Position numbers and translations under genes: made by a program
Source of the DNA: a virus
Lineage: Duplodnaviria > Caudoviricetes
Direction: 5' to 3' (one strand)
Length of the DNA stretch: 64,000 nt
Virus record (IMG/VR): IMGVR_UViG_2636415851_000001
Coordinates: 8,418-72,417 of that record
Notes under the pieces: generated by a model
The model's input: only the letters and a program-made list of their open reading frames with translations
What the model was told of the DNA's origin: nothing
Database searches by the model: none
In this document: positions 45,523-55,092 of the stretch, piece by piece
Numbering within the stretch: position 1 is the first letter of the stretch
How the letters are laid out: the number at the start of each line of letters is the position of its first letter

Positions 45523-46410
45523 TTGGCAAACTCAACCATCGACCTCTCGACGCTCCCCCCGCCAAGGTCGATCGAGGAGCTCGACTATGAGGTTTACGTC
45601 GCCAGGGCGACGGTCGAGTTCAAGGCGGTATGGGCGGCGGTCAAGCTGGCCAACCCTGAAATAGATCTGCCGGACTACAATCTCGAGCTCCTCGAGACTG
45701 ACCCGTTCATGATCATCAACGAGAGTGAGAGCGCGCGCGAAACAAAGCTGCGCGCCCGCATCAATGAAGCGCTGAGGGCGACGCTTCTCGCCTTCGCCAC
45801 GGGCGCAGATCTCGACAATCTCGGCGCCTTCTATGACGTCCTGAGGTTGGTGGGCGAAAGGGACGACAGGTTCGTCGCCAGAATCATCCTCGCAATTCAG
45901 GGGCGCTCAACCGGCGGTACCGAGCCTCGCTACAAGTACGTGGCCATGACGGCTGATACGAGGGTGAAGGACGCGATCGTCTACACCGTCGGTCGCAGCC
46001 CGCTGATCCATGTCGCAATCTTCTCGACGGACCCGGGCGGCGTGGCGTCGCCGGAGCTCGTGTCGATTGTGGACGCGGCCCTGCAGGATCCGGCGGTGAA
46101 GATGGTGAACGACACCATCGTTGTGGCGTCGGCCGTGCAGACGACAGTCAACCTTGAGGCGGACATCTGGCTCCTCCCTGACGCATCGGACGCAGTCAGG
46201 AATGCAGCGGCGGAGAACCTACGGGCTCAGTGGGCGCTGCATCAGTCGCTAGGCAAGGATCTCACGCAAAGCTGGTGGACGTCCAAGCTGATGATCGGAG
46301 GCGTCCACAAGGTCGTGCCGATCTCGCCCGTCGGTGACGTCGTGGCGCCGCCATCCGAGGCAATCGCGATCGGCACGATAACACTCAACAACAGAGGACG
46401 GGCTTTCTGA
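45523..46410 (+). CDS. baseplate J-like protein
   Basis: IDLSTLPPP..IEELDYE, LLAFATGADLDNLGA, STGG....Y. Confidence 0.92.
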   Translation: MANSTIDLSTLPPPRSIEELDYEVYVARATVEFKAVWAAVKLANPEIDLPDYNLELLETDPFMIINESESARETKLRARINEALRATLLAFATGADLDNLGAFYDVLRLVGERDDRFVARIILAIQGRSTGGTEPRYKYVAMTADTRVKDAIVYTVGRSPLIHVAIFSTDPGGVASPELVSIVDAALQDPAVKMVNDTIVVASAVQTTVNLEADIWLLPDASDAVRNAAAENLRAQWALHQSLGKDLTQSWWTSKLMIGGVHKVVPISPVGDVVAPPSEAIAIGTITLNNRGRAF

Positions 46411-47684
46411 TGGCATCGCTGCTTCCGGCCAACGCAGGCCTTTTCGAGAAATCGTCGGAAGCAGCATTTTCGGTGCGTTGGGATGCTCTCTCTGCCGGCG
46501 CTGACGCAGTCAGGACGGCGAAGGTAAACCCGCCGCCCTCCGTCCTTCCGTATCTCGTTTACGAGTACGGCCTTGGGGAACTGACGCCATACATCCCGAA
46601 CGCCTATGAGCTCGTGGTGGGGAGGCGCGGGATAGACTGGCAGCGCATCCGCGGGACGCCGGCTTCAGTCTACCAGGGCCTTGGGTGGCTTGGGTACACG
46701 GCCACCCTCGAGGACGCATGGCACGGGCGGGCCTACTGGAACAGCACCCAGCTTCGGTTCGGCAGCCTGCCACTTAACGACTTCCCGGACCTCGAGCGGA
46801 TTGAGGGCGTCACTCGGCTGTCTCTCCCTAAGAGATCTCAGCTTCGCCGGGGCGTCTACCAGTACGATGTGACTGCAGCAGAGGCCGATAGCACGAGGCT
46901 GGATGAGTGCATGCTCGATTTCGAGAGCGGCATCTCAGTCACGCCGGCCGGGACGCTGTGGTCCTTCGGCCGCGTTACTGAGATCGAGCATGCACTATCG
47001 CAGATCGAAGGGACCGCCATCGGGAACTGGATCGACGAGCCGGAGGAGGAAGGCCTCAAGTGGGTGCTGATGCAGTATCCGTGGCTGACAGCCACCTTCC
47101 CATGGGCGGACACCCCGACCAATCAGCGGCGCATCCTGATGGCGGCATGGTTCGTCAACCGGACCCTCTACGTGACGTTCCGTGATGAGGACGGGGAGGT
47201 TATCGGCCACCGCCGATGCCGCGCAGTCCGCCCGGTGAACAAGCGGGCTTTGGGCAGGTACTCGGTGGGCGACCAGAACTACGACGCCGTTACCGACGGT
47301 CGCATGGTCTATATCGACGCCATGACAGATTTCGGCGACGCGGAAGACGTCGTGGCGGCGTCTGTCGAGATCACGGTAGGGGCGAGCCGGGCACCTGGTG
47401 TCAAGCCGGGCAAGCTCTGGCTCGAACCTGACGAGCTCGTTGGCGGCCACGCCATAGCGCTAAAAGAAGTGGAGATCCCTCTGCGGCGCACCGTCAGGGA
47501 CCACATCAAGTTCGTCCTCGACTTCGACTCGAAGAACCTTCCGACACTCAGCTTCCACCGGACGCAGAACAGCCAGTACCTGCCGCTCCTCGCGGAGGTC
47601 ATGGAGCTGGTCCCGACGCCGAAGCTGTCCTTCAACACGGTGGCGAACATACAGCTGCTGCCTCTTCTAGGAGACGACTCCTGA
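46410..47684 (+). CDS. tail protein (P2 gpI-like)
   Basis: SLLPANA..FE, P..VLPYL..EYG, RIRGTP. Confidence 0.85.
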   Translation: MASLLPANAGLFEKSSEAAFSVRWDALSAGADAVRTAKVNPPPSVLPYLVYEYGLGELTPYIPNAYELVVGRRGIDWQRIRGTPASVYQGLGWLGYTATLEDAWHGRAYWNSTQLRFGSLPLNDFPDLERIEGVTRLSLPKRSQLRRGVYQYDVTAAEADSTRLDECMLDFESGISVTPAGTLWSFGRVTEIEHALSQIEGTAIGNWIDEPEEEGLKWVLMQYPWLTATFPWADTPTNQRRILMAAWFVNRTLYVTFRDEDGEVIGHRRCRAVRPVNKRALGRYSVGDQNYDAVTDGRMVYIDAMTDFGDAEDVVAASVEITVGASRAPGVKPGKLWLEPDELVGGHAIALKEVEIPLRRTVRDHIKFVLDFDSKNLPTLSFHRTQNSQYLPLLAEVMELVPTPKLSFNTVANIQLLPLLGDDS

Positions 47685-48094
47685 TGCCTACCTTTCAGAT
47701 CTTGGACGCTGATCTTGTAAAGCAGCCATTCACCCCCAACCCGGACCCCGCCAAGGGTGAAAAGCAGGACTTGGCCAACGAGCTCCTCGCCGATGTTCTT
47801 GAGGCCTTGCTGAAGAAGGTTGGCACCCGCGCATACGGCGCTGCATCAAGCATGCCCGTGAGCGACACCACCGTTCTCAGCTCGCCCATCATCGCCGGCG
47901 AGGTTCTGCTTCACGCATCTGAGAAGATGTACGTCGCAGCGGTGGCCGAGACGGGCACGCCGACGATCACGGACGAGACGGGGATCCCGCTCGAGGCCGG
48001 CGAGAAATTCCACATGCAGATCACCACCGGCCAGCGGATCGCAGCGATCCGTGACCTTGTCGACGGCGTGCTGCACATCGCTCCAGTCCTCTAA
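47684..48094 (+). CDS. hypothetical tail-associated protein
   Basis: 136 aa between gpI and the tailspike. Confidence 0.65.
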   Translation: MPTFQILDADLVKQPFTPNPDPAKGEKQDLANELLADVLEALLKKVGTRAYGAASSMPVSDTTVLSSPIIAGEVLLHASEKMYVAAVAETGTPTITDETGIPLEAGEKFHMQITTGQRIAAIRDLVDGVLHIAPVL

Positions 48095-48106
48095 CCGGAG
48101 GCACCC

Positions 48107-48247
48107 ATGCTTGGAATTGGAATTACCGGGGCGGTCGGCCGGATAGGCAGCACCGTCAAGACGGCAGGCGTGCCTGCTTTTCTCACCAAGGCCGACGGCT
48201 CGCCGATCACCAAGGCCGACAATAGCTACATCCTGAAGGGAGCCTGA
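48107..48247 (+). CDS. small hypothetical protein (46 aa, not in the ORF track)
   Basis: GGAGG SD; MLGIGITGAVGRIG...LTKADGSPITKADNSYILKGA. Confidence 0.6.
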   Translation: MLGIGITGAVGRIGSTVKTAGVPAFLTKADGSPITKADNSYILKGA

Positions 48248-48248
48248 C

Positions 48249-50165
48249 ATGGCCGCAAATCACGGACCACTGGCTGCCTACCTCGAAGACATGATGGCCG
48301 GCAACGAGACGGTCACAGGGGAAGCGCACGCCGTCCTTTCCGCCTTGAGGCGGTCCGTCGGCATTCTTGCCTCGCCGTCCTTCGCCAACCTGGGTGTGCT
48401 GTTTTCCTATGGCGTCGCCCCTGGGCGGCTGCCCGTCGGCCCCGGCGATGTGGTGGAAGTCCCGCGCCTTGGCGCATCCTACGACGTGGTCGCCCCTGAT
48501 GCGACGGAGTTCGACCTGGACTTCACCAGCTCCGGCGGCGTGAAGCTCAATGTCCGGCGGCGCGATGGCGCCTACTATGCCGTCGACTTCGGGGCAGCCG
48601 GCGACCTGTCGGCGGACGATCTGATCCCCGTTCAGAAGGCCGTTTACAAGGGCGGGCTGGTCCGCCTGCATCAGCACTACCTATCGGGAGGTGTGAAGTA
48701 CCGGACCAAGACCACGATCGAAGGGTACGGGTACGACAACAGTTTCCTGAGTCTCGACCCGGCCGTCAACGACGACGTCCTCTCTTCCGAGGGCACGGGG
48801 CTGGAGGATGTCACACTCCGCCGCTTCGGCATCACCGGAAACTATGTGAATGACGAGCCGATCAAGGGCCACCATGGCCTGATCGCCCATGACATTGCCG
48901 GCCTCACGATCGAGGGGATCGGCATCAAGGACACCAAGGAGTTCGCGGCACTCATTTGGGGCTGCCGGGACTTCATGATCACCGAGAACCGGGTCAGAAC
49001 AGAGGGCATCAACAGAGACGGCTTCAAGCTGCTCTCATCCCGCGGCGGCACCTTCACCGGGAACGACATCGAGTCCGGCGATGACTGCGTCTCGGTGTCC
49101 GGTGAGGCTGATTTCGCCGGCAACGTCGTCATCGGCATGAACCGCCTTCGGAGCACTTACGCCCGGTGCGTCTACGTCAACACAACGCAGGCGGTGCCTG
49201 GCCCTGTCGGCAAGACGACCGTCATCGGCAACATCTGTGACCATTCCGATACGACCGCAATCGTCGTCGAGATCTACGACGGTCCCGAGAGGATCGGCGA
49301 GGTCATGGTCACGAAGAACCAGATTTCCGGCTTCGGCAAGAGGGTAAACAACCCCAACGGCCGGCTGGAAGCTGTCCGCGTGACCGGCAAGGTCGGCCAC
49401 CTGATCAAGAAGGTCATGGTGGACGAGAACATGATCACGCTGGACGGCGCTCCGACCGACCAGGTCGCCAAGCTGGTCAATGTGACCCTCGCCGAAGATG
49501 TTTCAGTCTGCCGGAATACGATCGAGCTCGACCAGGAAGTGCTGCCCGAAAGCGCAGGCATCCAGATCGGCAGCGAAAACGAGCCGGTTTACGACTTCGC
49601 GGCGGACGGCAACCGGATCAACATGAAGGGGCATGGCTCCTACGGGATGAACATCTCCCGCGCCAGCGACGGAACGACCAACGACAACAAGATCAAGGGC
49701 GCGCCGATCGCCATCCGCGGCATTGGCGACGCCACCAACCCGTGCACGGATGTATCGGCTCGCCGGAACAAGATCACCGACCCGTATGGCGTGATGCAGA
49801 AGGCCATCGCAACGCTGAATAACTCCAGCGATTGGACGGCAGAAGGCAACGACATCAAGAACGCCGCCATCGCGAAGAACATCGACTTGGTCGGCACGGG
49901 CAACAGGATCCGAGGCAACAAGGGCTTTGCCACGTCGAACAGGGGGACGTTCGTCATCCCCGCTGCGGCGAACGTGCAGACCATCTCGCACTTCCTGCAG
50001 ATCACCCCGCCGGTCGGCAGCATCAAGATCACGCCGATCACGAGTCTCGGGGCCGCCTCCAAGTGGCGGATCCCCCGCGCCGAGGTGACCGGCGGCACAT
50101 TCAAGGTCTACCTCGACGTCAACCCTGGCGTCGATGTCAGCTTTGAGTGGGAGATCACGGACTGA
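48249..50165 (+). CDS. tailspike / parallel beta-helix depolymerase
   Basis: VDFGAAGD...DD....QKA pectate-lyase-like entry, NRDG, SGDDCVS, repeated I.GN rungs. Confidence 0.85.
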   Translation: MAANHGPLAAYLEDMMAGNETVTGEAHAVLSALRRSVGILASPSFANLGVLFSYGVAPGRLPVGPGDVVEVPRLGASYDVVAPDATEFDLDFTSSGGVKLNVRRRDGAYYAVDFGAAGDLSADDLIPVQKAVYKGGLVRLHQHYLSGGVKYRTKTTIEGYGYDNSFLSLDPAVNDDVLSSEGTGLEDVTLRRFGITGNYVNDEPIKGHHGLIAHDIAGLTIEGIGIKDTKEFAALIWGCRDFMITENRVRTEGINRDGFKLLSSRGGTFTGNDIESGDDCVSVSGEADFAGNVVIGMNRLRSTYARCVYVNTTQAVPGPVGKTTVIGNICDHSDTTAIVVEIYDGPERIGEVMVTKNQISGFGKRVNNPNGRLEAVRVTGKVGHLIKKVMVDENMITLDGAPTDQVAKLVNVTLAEDVSVCRNTIELDQEVLPESAGIQIGSENEPVYDFAADGNRINMKGHGSYGMNISRASDGTTNDNKIKGAPIAIRGIGDATNPCTDVSARRNKITDPYGVMQKAIATLNNSSDWTAEGNDIKNAAIAKNIDLVGTGNRIRGNKGFATSNRGTFVIPAAANVQTISHFLQITPPVGSIKITPITSLGAASKWRIPRAEVTGGTFKVYLDVNPGVDVSFEWEITD

Positions 50166-50219
50166 AATCACAGCGTCGCCTGACCCGGGGCGGCGCTCAT
50201 CCCATCCTGAGAGGTTCTC

Positions 50220-53200
50220 ATGTACGAGCACGAAAGCGGCTTGCCACTCGCCTATGACCGCGCCACCGGCAAACAGGAACTGCAGGGCGTCGTCTTCCAT
50301 GGCGAGCGCCGCTTCATCCAAGGGGCGGAGCTCAACGACCTCCAGACAATCCAGCGGGAACGCTCGGCCCGGGTGGGGCGCCTGATCGCCAGCGACGGCG
50401 ACAGGATCGAACGAGCCGATGGCTTTGTAGACGTTGCCGCCGGTACGGTCACGCTGACCTCCGGCAAGATCTACGTCAACGGCGACGTCTTCCCTGTCGA
50501 GGAAGCGGTCCTTTCGTCGGTCCCGATGGTCGGCCGCGTCGAGATCGGCGTTCGGCTCACCAAAAGCTACGTCACTCACGAAGACGATCCGTCTCTTCTC
50601 GGCCTGGTGCAGGGCTCTCTCGCTGAGGGGGAGCCGGGCGCGGCGCGGGAAGTGGGCTCGATCGCATGGGCCCTCGAAGGGGATGAGGGCGAAGGCCAGT
50701 TCTATGCGGTGTATGTCCTTCAGGACGGCACCATCCTCGACCAGACCGGACCGTCAATGCTCGAGCCGGTCATGCAGCAGCTGGCAATCTACGACCGACC
50801 GAACGGCAACTACATCGTGACCGGCAACAGGGTGACCGCCCTGGGGGCGAACGGTGGAAAGCAGCTGTTCGCGATCGAGGAGGGCGAGGCCAACATCAAC
50901 GGTTTCAAGCGCACCCGGTACGCAGCGCTCCGGTACGAAGAGGAAGAGGTGTGGGAAGAGGGGGCAATCCCCGGAGAGACCCATGTCTATCCCGGCGGGG
51001 CGAGCTACACCTTCAGCGTCGACTTCGCCCCCATCGGCGTCATCAACTCGATCCTCCTGACGAAGGAGAAGACGGTCACGGTGACTCGAGGAGCGATCGC
51101 GCACGGCGCTGATGCTCTCCCGGACACAAGCGTTATTGCGATTCTGTCGGTTACGCAGGGGGCTACGACTTTCGACGCGGTGACCAGCTGGAACCGGGTC
51201 AATAACTCGGTTGATTGGGCACCGGGTGGCCCGGAGCCGGTCAGCGGTTCGACGTACACGGTTACCTACCGGTACCGGGACGCGGTTGCCCCGACGTCGG
51301 CCACGGACTCTGAGATCACCGTCGCGAATGGGGCGACAGGCGGAGACATCATCGTCTCCTATACGCAGAAGCTGCCCCGGATCGACCGCATCGGCCTTCG
51401 GCAGGATGGCGCCCCGATCTACATCAAGGGCATACCTGCGCGGTCGAACCCGAAAGAGCCAACGGTACCGGCTGATGTTCTGGCGCTGTGCCAGGTCATC
51501 AATAACTGGATGTCGACCCCGATCGTCATCAATGACGGCGTGCGGTCCCTGCCGTATGCGGAGATGTGGCGGTACTTCAACCGCATCATCGACATCGACA
51601 GGCTCGTGCAGCTCGAGCGGCTGAAAAGCGGCATCGACGCCAAGGAGCCTGTCGCCAAGAAGGGGATGTTCGTCGACCCGTTCATAGACGACACCTATCG
51701 GGATCAGGGGCAGATGCAGTCCGGCGCCATCGGCAATGGCATGCTTCAGCTTTCGATCACGCCGACCTTCTACATGGCGCCGCTTGCGGATCCGGTCATG
51801 CTCGACTGGACGGAAGAGGTCATCGTCAGCCAGGAGCTGAAGACCGCGTGTGAGAAGATCAATCCGTATGCGAACTTCATCCCCTTGCCGGGGACCATGA
51901 AGCTCTCGCCTGCGGCAGACTTCTGGACGGAGAGCCGCACCGATTGGACATCGGCGCAAACGCTCGAGTTCAACCGAGGCACCCGCACCGACGGCGGCCC
52001 GCTGCAGACGTCGACGACGGAGACGCAGCTGGTCGATCAAAGGTCGGAACTCCTCCAGTTCCTGCGGCAGATCGAAGTGGACTTCACCATCTCCGGTTTT
52101 GGAGCGGGTGAGATCCTCGAGACGCTGACGTTCGACGGGATCGACGTGAAGCCGGCAGGGACGCAGACAGCCGATGCGAACGGCGTCATCGCCGGGACGT
52201 TCACGATCCCTGAGAACGTCACTGCGGGGAGCAAGGTCGTTCGTGCCATCGGCGAAGGGGAGACAGAGGCGACAGCCATGTTCACCGGACAGGGGACGAT
52301 CGCCATCGACGTCATGCGTCGTGTCACGACGATCAACAACTGGACGGCGCCGCGCGTCGAGCGCTTCGTCGAGCAGTGGGGCAACAACAACAACCAGTCT
52401 GACGGTGTCGGCGGGAACTCCGATCCGCAGGCTCAGATGTTCGCCGTTCCCGAGATGCGCCAGGTCGTGGGGGTTGACTTCCACATCTGCCACGTCGGCG
52501 ATGAAGGGAACCACTTGCTGGTCGACCAAGTGTCCATCAGCAACGGTTACCCGACGCTGGAGATCTTCGCTGAAGCTCTGGTTCCTATGGCTGGCGTCGC
52601 GGCCGGTACGTGGTTGGAAGCCCGGTACACTCTGCCGGTAACTTCCGCCCCGGACCGCAGGCACGCCTTCGTCATCAAGACCGACGACAGCGACCACTCG
52701 GTATCGCTCGCGGCGCTGGGTGGTTTCGACGCCGACCAGCAGAAGAGGGTGACGTCGCATCCCTATGTGACCGGCCCGCGCTTCTCCTCAGTCAATGCGG
52801 AGACGTGGACGGCGCACCAGGATGAGGCGCTTGCCTTCCGGATCGTTGCGGCACGCTATCCCGTCACCACCAAGACCGTCGATCTCGGCACCTACGATCT
52901 CGTCGACTGCTCTGACCTTCAGGTCCGCGCGGCTGTCGAATTGCCGGGTGCCGGCTGCAGCGTCGTCTTCGAGGTCGAGAGGCCGAACGGGACGATCTAT
53001 CGTCTGCTTCCGTTCCAGATCCTCCAGTTGACGGAGTACCTGACGGAGACGGTGGAGCTGCGGGCAGTCCTGACGGGCACCTCGAAGCTCTCTCCCATCC
53101 TCTACGCTCCTGTAGAGTTGGTGGCCGGGGAGATATCGACGGGCCTTACCTACATCACCCGGGCCTTCAGCCTGGGGACGGCGGTGAGGATTGCGGCCTA

Positions 53201-53435
53201 CTACAAGGCGTACCTGCCGGGCGGCGCCACGGTGACCATGGACTACTCGATCGACGATGGTCCGTGGGTGACGTTGCCTCTCGATGAAACAGAAGCGCTT
53301 GCGTTCCCCCTTTGGGTGGAGCGGAAGCATGAAGAGACGGGCCTTACCGGCACCACCGCTCGCTTGAGGATCACAGGCACCGGGGGACCGGCTGCCCGGC
53401 TGATCGTCGGCGATCTCGGCGCCGGTATTTTCTAA
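50220..53435 (+). CDS. large baseplate/tail protein (DUF4815-like)
   Basis: RFIQGAELNDLQ N-terminal motif; KGMFVDPF.DD..RD; DPQAQMF. Confidence 0.8.
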   Translation: MYEHESGLPLAYDRATGKQELQGVVFHGERRFIQGAELNDLQTIQRERSARVGRLIASDGDRIERADGFVDVAAGTVTLTSGKIYVNGDVFPVEEAVLSSVPMVGRVEIGVRLTKSYVTHEDDPSLLGLVQGSLAEGEPGAAREVGSIAWALEGDEGEGQFYAVYVLQDGTILDQTGPSMLEPVMQQLAIYDRPNGNYIVTGNRVTALGANGGKQLFAIEEGEANINGFKRTRYAALRYEEEEVWEEGAIPGETHVYPGGASYTFSVDFAPIGVINSILLTKEKTVTVTRGAIAHGADALPDTSVIAILSVTQGATTFDAVTSWNRVNNSVDWAPGGPEPVSGSTYTVTYRYRDAVAPTSATDSEITVANGATGGDIIVSYTQKLPRIDRIGLRQDGAPIYIKGIPARSNPKEPTVPADVLALCQVINNWMSTPIVINDGVRSLPYAEMWRYFNRIIDIDRLVQLERLKSGIDAKEPVAKKGMFVDPFIDDTYRDQGQMQSGAIGNGMLQLSITPTFYMAPLADPVMLDWTEEVIVSQELKTACEKINPYANFIPLPGTMKLSPAADFWTESRTDWTSAQTLEFNRGTRTDGGPLQTSTTETQLVDQRSELLQFLRQIEVDFTISGFGAGEILETLTFDGIDVKPAGTQTADANGVIAGTFTIPENVTAGSKVVRAIGEGETEATAMFTGQGTIAIDVMRRVTTINNWTAPRVERFVEQWGNNNNQSDGVGGNSDPQAQMFAVPEMRQVVGVDFHICHVGDEGNHLLVDQVSISNGYPTLEIFAEALVPMAGVAAGTWLEARYTLPVTSAPDRRHAFVIKTDDSDHSVSLAALGGFDADQQKRVTSHPYVTGPRFSSVNAETWTAHQDEALAFRIVAARYPVTTKTVDLGTYDLVDCSDLQVRAAVELPGAGCSVVFEVERPNGTIYRLLPFQILQLTEYLTETVELRAVLTGTSKLSPILYAPVELVAGEISTGLTYITRAFSLGTAVRIAAYYKAYLPGGATVTMDYSIDDGPWVTLPLDETEALAFPLWVERKHEETGLTGTTARLRITGTGGPAARLIVGDLGAGIF

Positions 53436-53444
53436 GGTAGGAAG

Positions 53445-54410
53445 ATGGCGAACACCCAGCATTTCAACATTCCGAAGCCGGACACCTCGGCTGATGTGGA
53501 CGATGAGTTCTACCGGCTCATGGACGCATTGGATGTGGTCGACGCCATCCTCTTCACCCTCCAAACAGCCCTGGGTGGGAAAGCTAGTTCCACCCACGGG
53601 CATGGCATCCCGGACATCACTGGCCTCGAGCAGGCCTTGGCAGACAAGATGCCGAAGGACAAGCCGTTCTCGCTCGACGACCTTCAGGACGTGGAGGGGG
53701 CTGGAGACGCGGCCCTGAACTACGTCCTGGTCAAAGGGGTGGATGGCCGGTGGAGGCCGTCGTCAGCGGCGGCTGCTATCGGCAACCACCAGCATGGCGT
53801 AGGTGACATAACCGGGCTGGCGGCCCAGCTCAGTTCGATCGTCTCGAGCCTGAGGGACGGCGTTGGCTCGTCGCTCGACACGCTGAAGAAGATAGCGGCG
53901 GCGATCAACAACGACCCGAACTTCGCCGCAACGAACACAGCGGCCATGAATGGGAAGGTGTCGAAAGCTGGCGACGAGATGACGGGGAACCTGCTCATCT
54001 CCAAAGTCAACCCGATGGTCCGCCTCCATCATCCCAACGTCAAGGTGGGTGAGCTGTACGTCGATGCTAATGGCCGCCTGATCTACCGGGACCAGGGCGG
54101 GCAGGTGCACTTCTACATCGACACAGGCGGCGGGATATGGACCCAGCAGTTGGGTCACCTGAGTGACCGGATCGAGAACCGTGCGCTCGCGTGGGCAAAC
54201 GACCGGGTTGCGAACTTGGCTTTCCGAAAGACGGGTCATTTCAGCGTCACCCTTGGCAGCGGCACGCATGTATATCGCTACAGCGGGATTGTTATGGACG
54301 GGGTTACGACCGCTGGCGGGACAGCCAACCCATGGGAGCTTAGCCACATCCACTGTGCGTACCTTCAGGCCTATGACCCGGTTCGGGGCTGGGTTGCATT
54401 TAGCGGATGA
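53445..54410 (+). CDS. tail fibre protein
   Basis: HGHGIPDITGL / HQHGVGDITGL repeats, LDTLKKIAAAINNDPNFA, KAGDEMTGNL. Confidence 0.88.
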   Translation: MANTQHFNIPKPDTSADVDDEFYRLMDALDVVDAILFTLQTALGGKASSTHGHGIPDITGLEQALADKMPKDKPFSLDDLQDVEGAGDAALNYVLVKGVDGRWRPSSAAAAIGNHQHGVGDITGLAAQLSSIVSSLRDGVGSSLDTLKKIAAAINNDPNFAATNTAAMNGKVSKAGDEMTGNLLISKVNPMVRLHHPNVKVGELYVDANGRLIYRDQGGQVHFYIDTGGGIWTQQLGHLSDRIENRALAWANDRVANLAFRKTGHFSVTLGSGTHVYRYSGIVMDGVTTAGGTANPWELSHIHCAYLQAYDPVRGWVAFSG

Positions 54411-54994
54411 TGGGGATTGCGATGAAGATCAAAAGTTACGGACATTTCACGCCCTATCAGGGCGACGTCGCGGCCTACGCATTCTTCAGGAATGAGCACG
54501 GCCATGACTGGTACGATCTGCAAAGGGGAAAGGTAGCCGGCATCGGCAAGCTGGTGGAGCTAGGGCCAAAGGGGGCCTTTGTTAAGTCGCCTCATGCGGT
54601 CTGGCTCGTGGTCGACCCGGAGGGCAGAGTTATCAATGTCGAAGTTGATCCCTCTAGGATCGTTCCTCGCGATAAGACCGTGCTCGGCATCGATGGGGCC
54701 TCACCGGGCGACTTCTCTGCCGGCATGATCTTCCAGGGCGGACAAATCCTACCTGCTCCTCCTGCTCCTCCGGCTCCCTATTACATCAACAAGGAAACTC
54801 CTTGGATGAGGATGACGGACGAGGAAGCGGAAGCGGTCGACGTGGCATACAACGCGGCCAGCGTCAGGTTCCGCCAGTCCTACAACTCAGCAGTCTCACT
54901 CAGGCCGGACACGGCGCTGTGGGATGAATGGAGGACGATCCTCGTCGGCGTCCTTGGGGAGCCGCGAACCGACCAGCTGCTCGAGAGAGAGTAA
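54407..54994 (+). CDS. tail fibre assembly chaperone
   Basis: F.NEHG.DWYDLQ motif; follows the fibre gene. Confidence 0.75.
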   Translation: MMGIAMKIKSYGHFTPYQGDVAAYAFFRNEHGHDWYDLQRGKVAGIGKLVELGPKGAFVKSPHAVWLVVDPEGRVINVEVDPSRIVPRDKTVLGIDGASPGDFSAGMIFQGGQILPAPPAPPAPYYINKETPWMRMTDEEAEAVDVAYNAASVRFRQSYNSAVSLRPDTALWDEWRTILVGVLGEPRTDQLLERE

Positions 54995-55005
54995 CCCGAA
55001 CACAG

Positions 55006-55031
55006 AACCCGCCCACTGAGGCGGGTTTTTT
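55006..55031 (+). terminator. intrinsic terminator
   Basis: AACCCGCC-CACTGA-GGCGGGTT-TTTT. Confidence 0.8.
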
Positions 55032-55092
55032 CATGCCCGCCGCAAGCGGTTTTCAACACCCCGCGTCTGCGGGCTCAAGAGAGGAACTGAAC

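Noticed and set aside
50754-52760. Long antisense ORFs (also 58600-60201, 55075-56457, 31764-33086, 25847-27190, 1764-3041)
   Set aside because: Shadows of real genes caused by high-GC codon bias; no motifs and no SD.
53445-54410. Diversity-generating retroelement or invertible tail fibre segment
   Set aside because: No reverse transcriptase, template repeat or invertase seen.
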